Shown: positions 31,699 through 40,762 of the stretch, piece after piece
How positions within the stretch are numbered: position 1 is the first letter of the stretch
Layout: every line of letters begins with the position of its first letter
Source: Myxococcota bacterium
GTDB lineage: Bacteria; Myxococcota; SpSt-1050
Reading direction: 5' to 3'
DNA length: 53,428 bases
Assembly (NCBI GenBank): GCA_049969675.1
Contig: JBMFOP010000006.1
Span: 1 to 53,428 of the forward strand
Position numbers and translations under genes: made by a program
The notes under the pieces: model-generated
What the model was told of the DNA's origin: nothing
The model's input: only the letters and a program-made list of their open reading frames with translations
Databases searched by the model: none

Positions 31699-32862
31699 CT
31701 ATCTTTTTAACACGATTACAGTTCCAACCTGCATAAGGTCTCCCCACGCCTGAGCAACGCCCACTCTGGGGTTCCCTGGAACCTGCCTTTTGCCCGCCTC
31801 TCCTCTAAGTTGAAGAAAGATTTCAATTACCTTCATTAGACCAGTTGCGGCAATTGGATTACCGACTCCAAGCGCACCACCGGATGGACAGACGGGCAGA
31901 TTTCCATCCCTTGCAGTATATCCCTCGGCAGTCAATCTCGCAGCCTCACCTCTCTCACAGAGTAACAGACCTTCCATATGATGGAGTTCTTTATAATCAA
32001 ATGGGTCATATGGCTCGGCAACCTGAATCTCTTTATGGGGTTCCTTTATGCCAGCCATTTCATATGCCATCCTTGCCGCCTTTTCAACATATCTTGGATA
32101 ATATAGATCCTTTGTTGCCCAATAGGCAGTATCAAGATTCCAGCCGACTCCCTCAATCCAGACAGGTTTATCTGTGAGTCTTTTTGCTACATGTTCTGAT
32201 GCAAGAATAACGGCTGCAGCACCATCCGATGCCGGGCTAATATCAAGTCTGTGAACGGGGTCAGCAAGTAATTCAGAATTTATCACATCTTCAACTGTAA
32301 GATCTTCAGCCACCTGTGCCGATGGGTGGTCAAGCGCATTTTTCTTGTTTTTAACTGCTACACGAGCAACATCCTCTGGTTTTAGACCGTAAGTCTCCAT
32401 ATATCTTCTCATTTCAAGCGCAAATATCCATATTAAGGTAGGCTTTAGTGGTTGCTCCGTAGTATGGTCAAAGATTGTGAGGAATGCACCCTGCGGATGT
32501 GGATGACAACTGGACATCTTCTCTTCACATACAACCATACAGATGTCACACATACCAGAAGCCACATGCATCCAGCCATGAATAGGGGCGAATACCCCTG
32601 TACCGCCACCAACAAAATTTCTGATATATGGCTTTCTATTACCGCCAGCACCTCCCAATAGATACTCACCTTTCATATGGACGCCATCAAAGGCATCCGG
32701 GGCAGTACCGAGAGTAATCATCTCAATATCTTTCAGTTTTAAGGCGCAGGAATCGAGAGCCATCTTTGCTGCCTGATAAGCCAGTTCAGGACCAGTCTCC
32801 TGTGCCCTCCTAACAAATTTTGTTATCCCTGCACCAATTATTGCTACTTTCCTCATACCCAT
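31699..32862 (-). CDS. Thiolase-fold (SCP-x type) protein lacking the nucleophilic Cys, Ltp3-like
   Basis: GTAPDAFDGV, KPYIRNFVGGGTG, SDGAAA, EPYDPF, PSGG..GNPIAATG. Confidence 0.85.
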   Translation of the reverse strand: MGMRKVAIIGAGITKFVRRAQETGPELAYQAAKMALDSCALKLKDIEMITLGTAPDAFDGVHMKGEYLLGGAGGNRKPYIRNFVGGGTGVFAPIHGWMHVASGMCDICMVVCEEKMSSCHPHPQGAFLTIFDHTTEQPLKPTLIWIFALEMRRYMETYGLKPEDVARVAVKNKKNALDHPSAQVAEDLTVEDVINSELLADPVHRLDISPASDGAAAVILASEHVAKRLTDKPVWIEGVGWNLDTAYWATKDLYYPRYVEKAARMAYEMAGIKEPHKEIQVAEPYDPFDYKELHHMEGLLLCERGEAARLTAEGYTARDGNLPVCPSGGALGVGNPIAATGLMKVIEIFLQLRGEAGKRQVPGNPRVGVAQAWGDLMQVGTVIVLKR

Positions 32863-32880
32863 ATTAAATCCTCCTCTTTT

Positions 32881-34032
32881 TTATTCATTTGATAAAATTG
32901 CTACTGCCCCAGTTGCAGAAGGGACACCTCTAAAAATCTGAACAATTCCCTTTCGAGCATTCTTTACCTGCCTCTTCCCAGCCTGATTCCTGAGCTGCAT
33001 AACAGCCTCAAATACCTTCATACCACCCGATGCCTCAAAACTGTGACCTACTCCGAGAGAACCACCTGAGGGATTGACCGGATATTCGCCATCAATTTCA
33101 GTAAAACCGTTTATAGTTAAAAATCCAGACTCACCCCTCTTTGCAATTCCCAGAGCCTCAAGATGCTGTAACTCTTTATAAGAATATTCATCACAGACTT
33201 CTGCAAACTGGGTATCTTTTAATGGATTTTTTATCCCCGCCATCTCATATGCCTTCTTTGCAGCAAGTTTAATATAGTTAGCCTCACTCATACATCTGGA
33301 CCATACATTTGCATTATCAGAATACCACATAATTCCATCAATCCAGATTGGATTTTCTGAAAGAGATTTAGCGGTTGCCTCATCTGCTATTACACATACG
33401 ACAGCACCATCTGAAGTCTGGGCCTTGTCCAGCTGTTTTAGGGGAGAAGATATATGTTCACTCTTTAACACATCCTCTTCAGTAAATATTGCACCATAAC
33501 CGGCATATGGATTATTTATGGCATTTTTCCTGTTCTTTACCACCACGGCGGCGCACTGCTCTTCTGTATTTCCAGTCCTTTCAAGAAATCTTTTCATCTC
33601 AAGTCCAGCTATAAAATCTGCATTCTCTCTAAGGGGTCTTAAATATATAGGGTCAAGTGCAAACGCCTTTACCTCTTCAATATTTTCAATATTGGAGGCT
33701 TTTGAATGCGCTTCAATTGCAATGGTATTGAAACGACCGGTCTTTATCATCATATATCCAACGCCGAGAGCCTGAAGAAAATCTGCTGAAACAGTATGGA
33801 CAGGTTTCATAACCGCTCCAAGCTGGTCTGGTACATATTCATCAGCGATAGAATATCCTTCAATAAAATCCTCTGTTGCAGATATAAATGAGTCTATCTC
33901 TTTGGGATGAAGCCCTGCCTCAATATATGCCTTCTGTGCAGCCTCAAAAATCAACTCACGATAACTTAAATCTGGACTCACAGGCTTAAATCCCGTACAT
34001 CCTATTCCTATAATTCCTACTCTGTTGTTCAT
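32881..34032 (-). CDS. Thiolase-fold (SCP-x type) protein lacking the nucleophilic Cys, Ltp4-like partner
   Basis: VVKNRKNA..NP, SDGAV, VNPSGG..GH; VHTVSADF occupies the position of the usual ACASG. Confidence 0.8.
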   Translation of the reverse strand: MNNRVGIIGIGCTGFKPVSPDLSYRELIFEAAQKAYIEAGLHPKEIDSFISATEDFIEGYSIADEYVPDQLGAVMKPVHTVSADFLQALGVGYMMIKTGRFNTIAIEAHSKASNIENIEEVKAFALDPIYLRPLRENADFIAGLEMKRFLERTGNTEEQCAAVVVKNRKNAINNPYAGYGAIFTEEDVLKSEHISSPLKQLDKAQTSDGAVVCVIADEATAKSLSENPIWIDGIMWYSDNANVWSRCMSEANYIKLAAKKAYEMAGIKNPLKDTQFAEVCDEYSYKELQHLEALGIAKRGESGFLTINGFTEIDGEYPVNPSGGSLGVGHSFEASGGMKVFEAVMQLRNQAGKRQVKNARKGIVQIFRGVPSATGAVAILSNE

Positions 34033-34053
34033 AGAAAAATTCCTCCTTTAAAT

Positions 34054-34076
34054 AAAGTGTACATCGTATACATTTT
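34054..34076. promoter_or_regulatory. Imperfect palindrome upstream of the thiolase/DUF35 operon (candidate operator)
   Basis: AAAGTGTACA-TCG-TATACATTTT, arms 8/10 complementary, 21 bp from the start codon. Confidence 0.35.
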
Positions 34077-34130
34077 TATCATCTATAATGCAATTAAAAA
34101 ACGACTAATTTAATTTTTTATTCAACGATC

Positions 34131-34670
34131 GCTGCTGTCCAACTTATCTAAATTAGACATATTAGTGTTTGCAAAATAAAAATCCTTAATAGATAAATTC
34201 ACATTTTCAAAATCAGGTTATCCCCTTCCCTTCACTACACTATCCATTGAAATGCCATAAAACTTAAATATCAAAAGCATGTCCCTACAATCTCTAATTT
34301 GAAATACCTCCAATCTCCACCAAGAGTTAAATCCATTTATTACTACTTCTACCCTTCTATATATTTCCGACTTATAAAACTCCTCCTCTGAAAATATTTT
34401 TTGAAATTGATTCACCAAATGAAAATTTGGTATGTCCACCACGGGGATGTCTGTTTCACCAACCACAAGGTGGTTTGCCTTGCCAATTAAAATTTTCCTA
34501 CTACAACTAACAACTAAAAGTATGTCAAAAAGATAATTTCATATTGAGGGATGTTATGGTAGAAGATGTGTCTATTTATAGAAAGCCTGCTTTCAGTGTT
34601 TTTGTTTTGTAAAATAATTTTACCCTATCAAGATTTTCTTATCCAAAAATTTATTCTGGACAGATGTGAT
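34131..34670. mobile_element. Decayed IS/MITE-like element, copy A
   Basis: Colinear block similarity to 47106-47621; imperfect inverted ends GCTGCTGTCCAA ... TTATTCTGGACAGATGT. Confidence 0.55.
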
Positions 34671-34823
34671 TTGCAACAAAAAACAAGTAGATGCGCACAT
34701 AAATATAGAATGGTATTAATGTGGTTTTGTTAATAAAATTGTCTAAAAAGTTCATAATTTTAATATTTACAATATTATGAAAAAAAGTAAAATACATTCA
34801 TTATTATTTGAACGAGGTAATAG

Positions 34824-37655
34824 TTGGAAGGTAAAAATAATATATTAGTTGGTCTCTTTAATATTCAGGCAAAGGAGATAAGAAAGACATTCTTAATGTT
34901 TTTATACATACTGCTCGGGGTAAGCACCTTTATAATCGGACGTGCAGTGAGGGATGCACTATTTCTATCAAGATATAATGTCTCATCTCTTCCATATATG
35001 TATGTTTTCGTAGCAGCAGTAGTCTCAATATTTGCACTAATCTATTCAAAATATATTAAGAATTTCAGGACCTCAAATGTAATTATCTTTATTGACCTCT
35101 CTTTTGCCACCCTATTTGTGGTATTCTGGCTCATAATAAAAAGCAATATTACAAACTACATTTATCCAGCGCTTTATGTGTTTGTAGAGATCGCCGGGAG
35201 CCTGCTTATTGTCCCTTTCTGGACATTTGCGAATGAGATATTTACATCCCGTGAGGCTAAGCGACTATTTGGCATTATTGGGGCGGGAGGCGTGCTTGCG
35301 AATGTTGCAGCCGGTGGATTTACAAAATTAATCGTCCACTATATTGGAACTGAAAATTTACTGCTTATCTGTTCCGTTATATTAGTTATCGCGTGTGGTA
35401 CAATCTATATAGTCAGCAAACAGGTTGAGACCATAAATATCTCACTGACTCAGGAGCAGAAGAAGGGAACTCAGAATATCTTGCGAGATATTGCAAATAT
35501 CTTTTCAGAAGATTATACAAGAAAGATTGCTTTGATAGTTATTGTAATGGCAATTGTAATTACATCCGTTGATTATCAATTTAAGATTCAGGCAAGAAAT
35601 AGTTTTACAAAGGAGAATTCGCTTACTGAATTTCTTGCGATGTTTGTCTTCTCTACAGGAATCATTGCCTGTATAATCCAATTTTTTATCACCGGAAGAT
35701 TTGTCAATAAATACGGGATATTTGCTGCACTATTTACTTTACCGGTCTTTATAGGACTTGGATTATCAGTGTTTGTCTTTTACAGTACCCTTCTCGCAAT
35801 AGGTATATCTCAGGCTTCCAATTATATGTTCAGATATACAGTCTGGGATTCCACATTTCAGATGTTATATATACCTATTCCTCAGCGAAAGAGAAACTCA
35901 TCAAAGGCAATTATAGATGGCGTATTCAAGCAACTCTCAAATGGGATAGCAGGTATTATACTAATATTTATGGTAAAAGGGCCAAGAATTTTATTACTCT
36001 TTTTGATGATTTTTATGGCTCTTACCTGGATTGTATTACTAATTCGACTCCGAAAGAATTATATGCAGGTCCTCTTTGAATCCCTTCAGAGGAAGAGAAT
36101 AGACCTTGAGGAGACTGGTTTTCCCATTAATGACGAAAAGACAATAAATCTACTTGAAGATATCTTAAATTCTAATCACACCAAAGAAGAGATACTGGGG
36201 GCAATGGACCTCATACAGTATGCGAAGAATCATAACTGGATAAATACATTAAATAAACTACTTTCTCATCCAGATGCTGATATAAGAAAAAAGGCAATTA
36301 TGCTTTATGCTCAATGGGGCTGGGGGATTGACATCTCTCATTTAATAAGGGCGTTAAATGATACTGATGAAGAGGTAGTTGCAGAGGCAATAAATTCAGC
36401 ATGTATTATTATGAAGGAGAGGGCAGTCAATCTAATCGGCAAATATCTTAAAAGTAAAAACCCAATGATTCGCTCTTATGCCGTTGCTGGACTTATTAAA
36501 TATGGTGGTCTGGACGGAATCTTAAAGTCCGCTGAGCAATTGAAGGCAATGCTTGAATCCAATAATAATGAGGAGAGAAAGTTTGCCACGCGGGCATTAA
36601 GAATCATCGGCTCAAAAAATTTTTATCAACCTCTTTTTAAACTTCTTGCAGACTCAGATCCAGAGATACAGAAAGAGGCAATTAAGGCGGCATGTGAAAT
36701 TCGTAGCATAGAATTATTGCCAGCCTTGATATACAAACTTCAGGACAGAGAACTTGCGCCTATTCTTATAGATGCTCTCCAACATTATGGAGATGATGCA
36801 GTGGATACGCTTGGGAAAGTTGCAGAATTCAGAGCCGAAAAGATGACCATCAGGGAGAGAATACCTAAGATATTGGGCGGGATTAAGAGTCAGAAGGCTC
36901 TTGATAAACTTTTATACCTGCTTCATCTATCAGAGGAATATCTACTCTTTAAGATAGCTATATATATTTCCAAAATGGTTCATGAAAATCCAAATTTGAA
37001 GATTGATGAGAGGTTAATTTTTGAAAAGATAAAAGAGATAAATAATAATATGAATATATACCTTTTTATAGATGAATATTTCAATCAAAATAGAGATACA
37101 TTATTAACAGAATGCATATCTGACCGAATAAAGACAAATATTCTTATCTCTCTAAGGCTTCTGGATGCACTCTACCCTTCAAAACAGATATCTACTATTA
37201 TATTCAATCTGGATTCAACACTAATCAGCAGGAGGGCAAATGCCATTGAGGCAATTGACAATATGTTTACTAATCTGGAATTTAAGAAACTTATACATTT
37301 TATGGAGTATATATTCCTGGATGGAAAGAGACCAGATATTACAAAAGTAAAAGATAATAATCTCCTTCAAAGAGATACCCTGATTAAAAAGATATTGATA
37401 GAGAAGGATTACTGGCTGACATTCTGTCTGATTAATGTACTCCCGGCAGATTATCTTATTAATTTTACCGAAATATTGACTAAACTCTTTAAGGAATCTG
37501 AGGATATAATAAGAGAGGCAATTTTATTAAAAATCATATCTTCAAAATCCAGACTATTGCCGGATGAACTTATTGATAGAATTAAACATTACAACTCTTA
37601 TATTCTCAGATATCTGGAACCAAAGGTGAAACAGATATATCTGGAGGTAAATTGA
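34824..37655 (+). CDS. Npt1/TLC-like nucleotide transporter fused to HEAT repeats
   Basis: RDALFLS, FWTFANEIFTSREAKRLFG, VDYQFK, LYIPIP..K..ID; HEAT-type L.D.D.EV repeats; TTG start with GAGG SD. Confidence 0.85.
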   Translation: MEGKNNILVGLFNIQAKEIRKTFLMFLYILLGVSTFIIGRAVRDALFLSRYNVSSLPYMYVFVAAVVSIFALIYSKYIKNFRTSNVIIFIDLSFATLFVVFWLIIKSNITNYIYPALYVFVEIAGSLLIVPFWTFANEIFTSREAKRLFGIIGAGGVLANVAAGGFTKLIVHYIGTENLLLICSVILVIACGTIYIVSKQVETINISLTQEQKKGTQNILRDIANIFSEDYTRKIALIVIVMAIVITSVDYQFKIQARNSFTKENSLTEFLAMFVFSTGIIACIIQFFITGRFVNKYGIFAALFTLPVFIGLGLSVFVFYSTLLAIGISQASNYMFRYTVWDSTFQMLYIPIPQRKRNSSKAIIDGVFKQLSNGIAGIILIFMVKGPRILLLFLMIFMALTWIVLLIRLRKNYMQVLFESLQRKRIDLEETGFPINDEKTINLLEDILNSNHTKEEILGAMDLIQYAKNHNWINTLNKLLSHPDADIRKKAIMLYAQWGWGIDISHLIRALNDTDEEVVAEAINSACIIMKERAVNLIGKYLKSKNPMIRSYAVAGLIKYGGLDGILKSAEQLKAMLESNNNEERKFATRALRIIGSKNFYQPLFKLLADSDPEIQKEAIKAACEIRSIELLPALIYKLQDRELAPILIDALQHYGDDAVDTLGKVAEFRAEKMTIRERIPKILGGIKSQKALDKLLYLLHLSEEYLLFKIAIYISKMVHENPNLKIDERLIFEKIKEINNNMNIYLFIDEYFNQNRDTLLTECISDRIKTNILISLRLLDALYPSKQISTIIFNLDSTLISRRANAIEAIDNMFTNLEFKKLIHFMEYIFLDGKRPDITKVKDNNLLQRDTLIKKILIEKDYWLTFCLINVLPADYLINFTEILTKLFKESEDIIREAILLKIISSKSRLLPDELIDRIKHYNSYILRYLEPKVKQIYLEVN

Positions 37656-38089
37656 TGATTACCACGCTTGAAAAGGTTCTCTTCTTAAAGGAGGTAAGTC
37701 TATTCAAGAATATCTCATCTGAGAGGCTTGCCAGAATCGCAACTATTGCAAAAGAGATAGAATTTTCCAGAGGAGATAAAATAATCAATGAGGGGGATGA
37801 AGGGGATTCATTATTTATTATAGTTGATGGTAGAGTCAGTATATATAAAGGGAAGGAAGCTATTGCCTCTCTTGGCCCAAAGGATTTTTTTGGAGAGATG
37901 GCTATTCTGGATTCAGAGCCGAGGTCAGCCTCTGTCATAGCCGATACTGAAATAATCTGCCTGAAAATAAGTCGTGAGGATTTTACGGAGATCCTGATTG
38001 ATGAGCACGAGATAATGCTCGCCATTATAAAATCCCTTGTGCACAGATTGAGACAGACAAATATCAAGACGGAGAAGAGAGATCAGTAA
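37652..38089 (+). CDS. Stand-alone cyclic-nucleotide-binding domain protein
   Basis: LEKVLFLK..LF, EGDEGDSLFII..G.V, FFGEMA....PRSASV; no HTH; 4-bp overlap with the upstream gene. Confidence 0.92.
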   Translation: MMITTLEKVLFLKEVSLFKNISSERLARIATIAKEIEFSRGDKIINEGDEGDSLFIIVDGRVSIYKGKEAIASLGPKDFFGEMAILDSEPRSASVIADTEIICLKISREDFTEILIDEHEIMLAIIKSLVHRLRQTNIKTEKRDQ

Positions 38090-39510
38090 GCCCCAGCCTT
38101 TGTAAGAACTACTTTTATTGTTCTAATGATAACAGTAATATCAAGCCATAAAGAATAATTTTTTACATACCAGCTCTCAAGCTCAACACGTCTTTGAAAG
38201 TCTATATCTGACCTCCCGGATATCTGCCATAACCCTGTAATGCCGGGCTTAACCTCCAGATAATAATCTGAACCCTCCTTAAAAAGTTCTAACTCTTCAT
38301 ATAAGACCGGTCTTGGACCGACGAGACTCATATCCCCTATAATTACATTAATAAGTTGTGGCAATTCATCCAGACTGGTCTTTCTAAGAAACCTTCCAAT
38401 CCTCGTAACCCTCGGGTCATCTGGAATCTTCTTGAATTTATCCCATTCCTCCTTCATCCTGGGATTCTCTTCCAATATTCTGTTGAGCATCTTATCCGCG
38501 CCATCTACCATTGTTCTGAACTTTAAACATTTAAATTCTTTTCCTTTATATCCAATTCTTCTATGTTTGTAAATTATCGGTCCTTCAGAATCAATCTTTA
38601 CAAGTATCCCAATGATAAACATTAACGGTAATGACAAAAAGAGTAATGCGCTCCCCACCACAATATCAAATATTCGTTTAACAGCCCTATAAAAGGGATT
38701 TTTGAGTCTATTTTTTATCTTTATAATCATTAATTGTTCATTGAAGAAGTAGTCCAGTTCAATTCCGAGTAAAGGAATTCCATACAGGTCTGGAATTATA
38801 AGTATATCAATATTCTGATTATTAAATGATTTAATAAAATTTGTAATATTTATCCTGAGAGGGCCATTCAGACCTACTATAAGTGTAGATGCCCCGGTAC
38901 TTAAAAGATTCTGCTGAATATCTTGTATTGAGTCTAAATCAATACTGGTCTTCCCCTCATAGAAGAGATATTCTCCAACCACTTCAAAGGCAAGATAGGG
39001 TTCATTCTCTATTGCCCTCTTTATATTCGGAAGCATATCCATTGAGGCGACCAGAAATATCTTTTTATTCAATCTCAATAGTCGTAGAATGGTCGGTTTA
39101 ATCAACAATTTAATTAATGGCAAAAACAATAAAATCAAAATATATCCTAATAAAAGGACAGTACGAGATACATCTGGACTAAATTTTCCAAGTGAGACTA
39201 TGGAAAATATAATTAGAATTGCGAGCGATGAGCCTTTTATAATTCGCTCATACTCTCTCCAGAAAGGTATTCTTCTGGTATATATCCCTTCAAAAAGGAA
39301 GATTATCATATATATAAACAGAAATAGGAAGAAGAATGTAGAGAATCTATCGGGAAGCGCCTCCCTATATAGAGGATGAAATGCTGGCAATATCTTTATC
39401 CTGATTGCAAGTGCAATTGAATAGAGAGCAAATACAATCAGGTAATCCATTACCAATAATATGGATAGCTCAATAAGGGCATCAATCTGTCTTATTAAAG
39501 CCTTCTTCAT
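38083..39510 (-). CDS. Undecaprenyl-phosphate hexose-1-P transferase (WbaP-like)
   Basis: KRIFDI, KFRTM, DDPRVTRIGRFLRKTSLDELPQ, GDMSLVGPRP, KPGITGLWQ. Confidence 0.92.
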   Translation of the reverse strand: MKKALIRQIDALIELSILLVMDYLIVFALYSIALAIRIKILPAFHPLYREALPDRFSTFFFLFLFIYMIIFLFEGIYTRRIPFWREYERIIKGSSLAILIIFSIVSLGKFSPDVSRTVLLLGYILILLFLPLIKLLIKPTILRLLRLNKKIFLVASMDMLPNIKRAIENEPYLAFEVVGEYLFYEGKTSIDLDSIQDIQQNLLSTGASTLIVGLNGPLRINITNFIKSFNNQNIDILIIPDLYGIPLLGIELDYFFNEQLMIIKIKNRLKNPFYRAVKRIFDIVVGSALLFLSLPLMFIIGILVKIDSEGPIIYKHRRIGYKGKEFKCLKFRTMVDGADKMLNRILEENPRMKEEWDKFKKIPDDPRVTRIGRFLRKTSLDELPQLINVIIGDMSLVGPRPVLYEELELFKEGSDYYLEVKPGITGLWQISGRSDIDFQRRVELESWYVKNYSLWLDITVIIRTIKVVLTKAGAY

Positions 39511-39578
39511 AGGTTTTTCAATATATACCTAATTGAATTTATTTTAAAGAAAATTTAGATAAAAATCAGTATAGCCGC

Positions 39579-39869
39579 TTATTTCTTAAAAAGGTCTTCA
39601 AGCCTTTTTCTCGCCTCTTCCTTCTTATCTTCCTTTTTGATCCCGGTTGAGGGGGAGAAGAAATCGCATACATTTCCCTTCTCTTTATCAAAGACCTGTT
39701 CTGCCTGAGGCTCTCTACACTGATGATAAGCCCCTTCATCATAGAATTCGCAGTTCATACAGATATGCAAATCATGTCTACAAAATGGGCATTCATCTCT
39801 AATATAAATTTTTGTGTCATAGGGGACATCTTTTTTACAAAAATAACATCTCAGAATCTTCATAAACAT
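39579..39869 (-). CDS. Small Cys-rich (Zn-binding) hypothetical protein
   Basis: CYFC, CPFC..LHICMNCEFYD, C.E, N.CDFF; start may be ATG 39863. Confidence 0.75.
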   Translation of the reverse strand: MFMKILRCYFCKKDVPYDTKIYIRDECPFCRHDLHICMNCEFYDEGAYHQCREPQAEQVFDKEKGNVCDFFSPSTGIKKEDKKEEARKRLEDLFKK

Positions 39870-39892
39870 TAATCTTATTTCTTTTTTTTATT

Positions 39893-40260
39893 ACTGTCAA
39901 GAACTCATACTAAAATAATCTGTCCTGTCTCCAGGATCTGGTTAAAAGTTCTGTTGCCAGAACTTCCCATATCAACTCTTAATTTTTCTATTCTTCTGAA
40001 TTGATTTTTTTGATGTCAACTGAATAAAACTCATCTAAAAGTGACTTATTCAATCTTTCTACATAACAATTTGTCCAGGGATATTTTATTCTGGTAGTAG
40101 TTGGCTTTATCCCTGCCATTTCCTCCTCTTTATTTATTACTGAAGGTTCTGGCAGATGGCAAAGAGATACTCACAACTTATTAACCCCCATCCAGACTCC
40201 ACTTTTTACTACTATCACTCCTGTTACAACCACCTGAAGATATCACAGGTCTTCAATCTT
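39893..40260 (-). mobile_element. IS481-family transposase remnant (integrase core C-terminal part)
   Basis: 40119..39988 translates MAGIKPTTTRIKYPWTNCYVERLNKSLLDEFYSVDIKK, matching P.TNG.VER.N.T..DEF; a shifted frame continues IEKLRVD. Boundaries are approximate. Confidence 0.7.
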
Positions 40261-40493
40261 TATTTAATAGTTGCATCTGTAAAATAAAATTTTACATTGT
40301 ACCTTAAATCCGTTTGCCATATATTTTACTGCCTTTGTCACCTGCACATTGAGAAAGAAGATAGATGGCATTACCAACAGATGACCGGCAAAAAGATAAA
40401 TTATGAACCGTGGTGAAAGGTTAATCACATCAGATTTGAACTCTCTATGACTACCATATATTAAATTTTAATTAAGATTCTTGAAAAAATGAC

Positions 40494-40522
40494 TTGATTT
40501 TTTATATAGAATGATATATAAA
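40494..40522 (+). promoter_or_regulatory. Candidate sigma70 promoter of rpmB
   Basis: TTGATT-17 bp-TATAAA, then GGAGG SD. Confidence 0.45.
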
Positions 40523-40549
40523 GGTTGCTCTTTATGATGGAGGCAGATT

Positions 40550-40738
40550 ATGGCAAGAAGATGCGAAATATGTTCCAAAGGACCTATGGTCGTCAATAAT
40601 GTATCTCATTCTAATAATAGGACCAAGTCCAGAAGCCTTCCAAATCTTCAGAGAGTAAGGGCAAATATAAACGGAGTTCATAAGAGGATACTCGTCTGCA
40701 CAAATTGTATTAAATCTGGTAGAGTTAAGAAGATATAG
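40550..40738 (+). CDS. rpmB: 50S ribosomal protein L28 (CxxC/CxxC type)
   Basis: MARRCEIC.K....NNVSHSN.RTK...PNLQ...VCTNCIKSG. Confidence 0.97.
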   Translation: MARRCEICSKGPMVVNNVSHSNNRTKSRSLPNLQRVRANINGVHKRILVCTNCIKSGRVKKI

Positions 40739-40762
40739 ATTGGATTGATTATATTTGTTCAA

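Noticed and set aside
34218-34466. 82-aa minus-strand ORF as a functional gene
   Set aside because: It lies inside the dispersed element and the frame is broken in copy B; any transposase similarity is too weak to call.
34656-34675. TGG...TTGC as a sigma54 promoter
   Set aside because: GG-to-GC spacing is 13 nt rather than 10.
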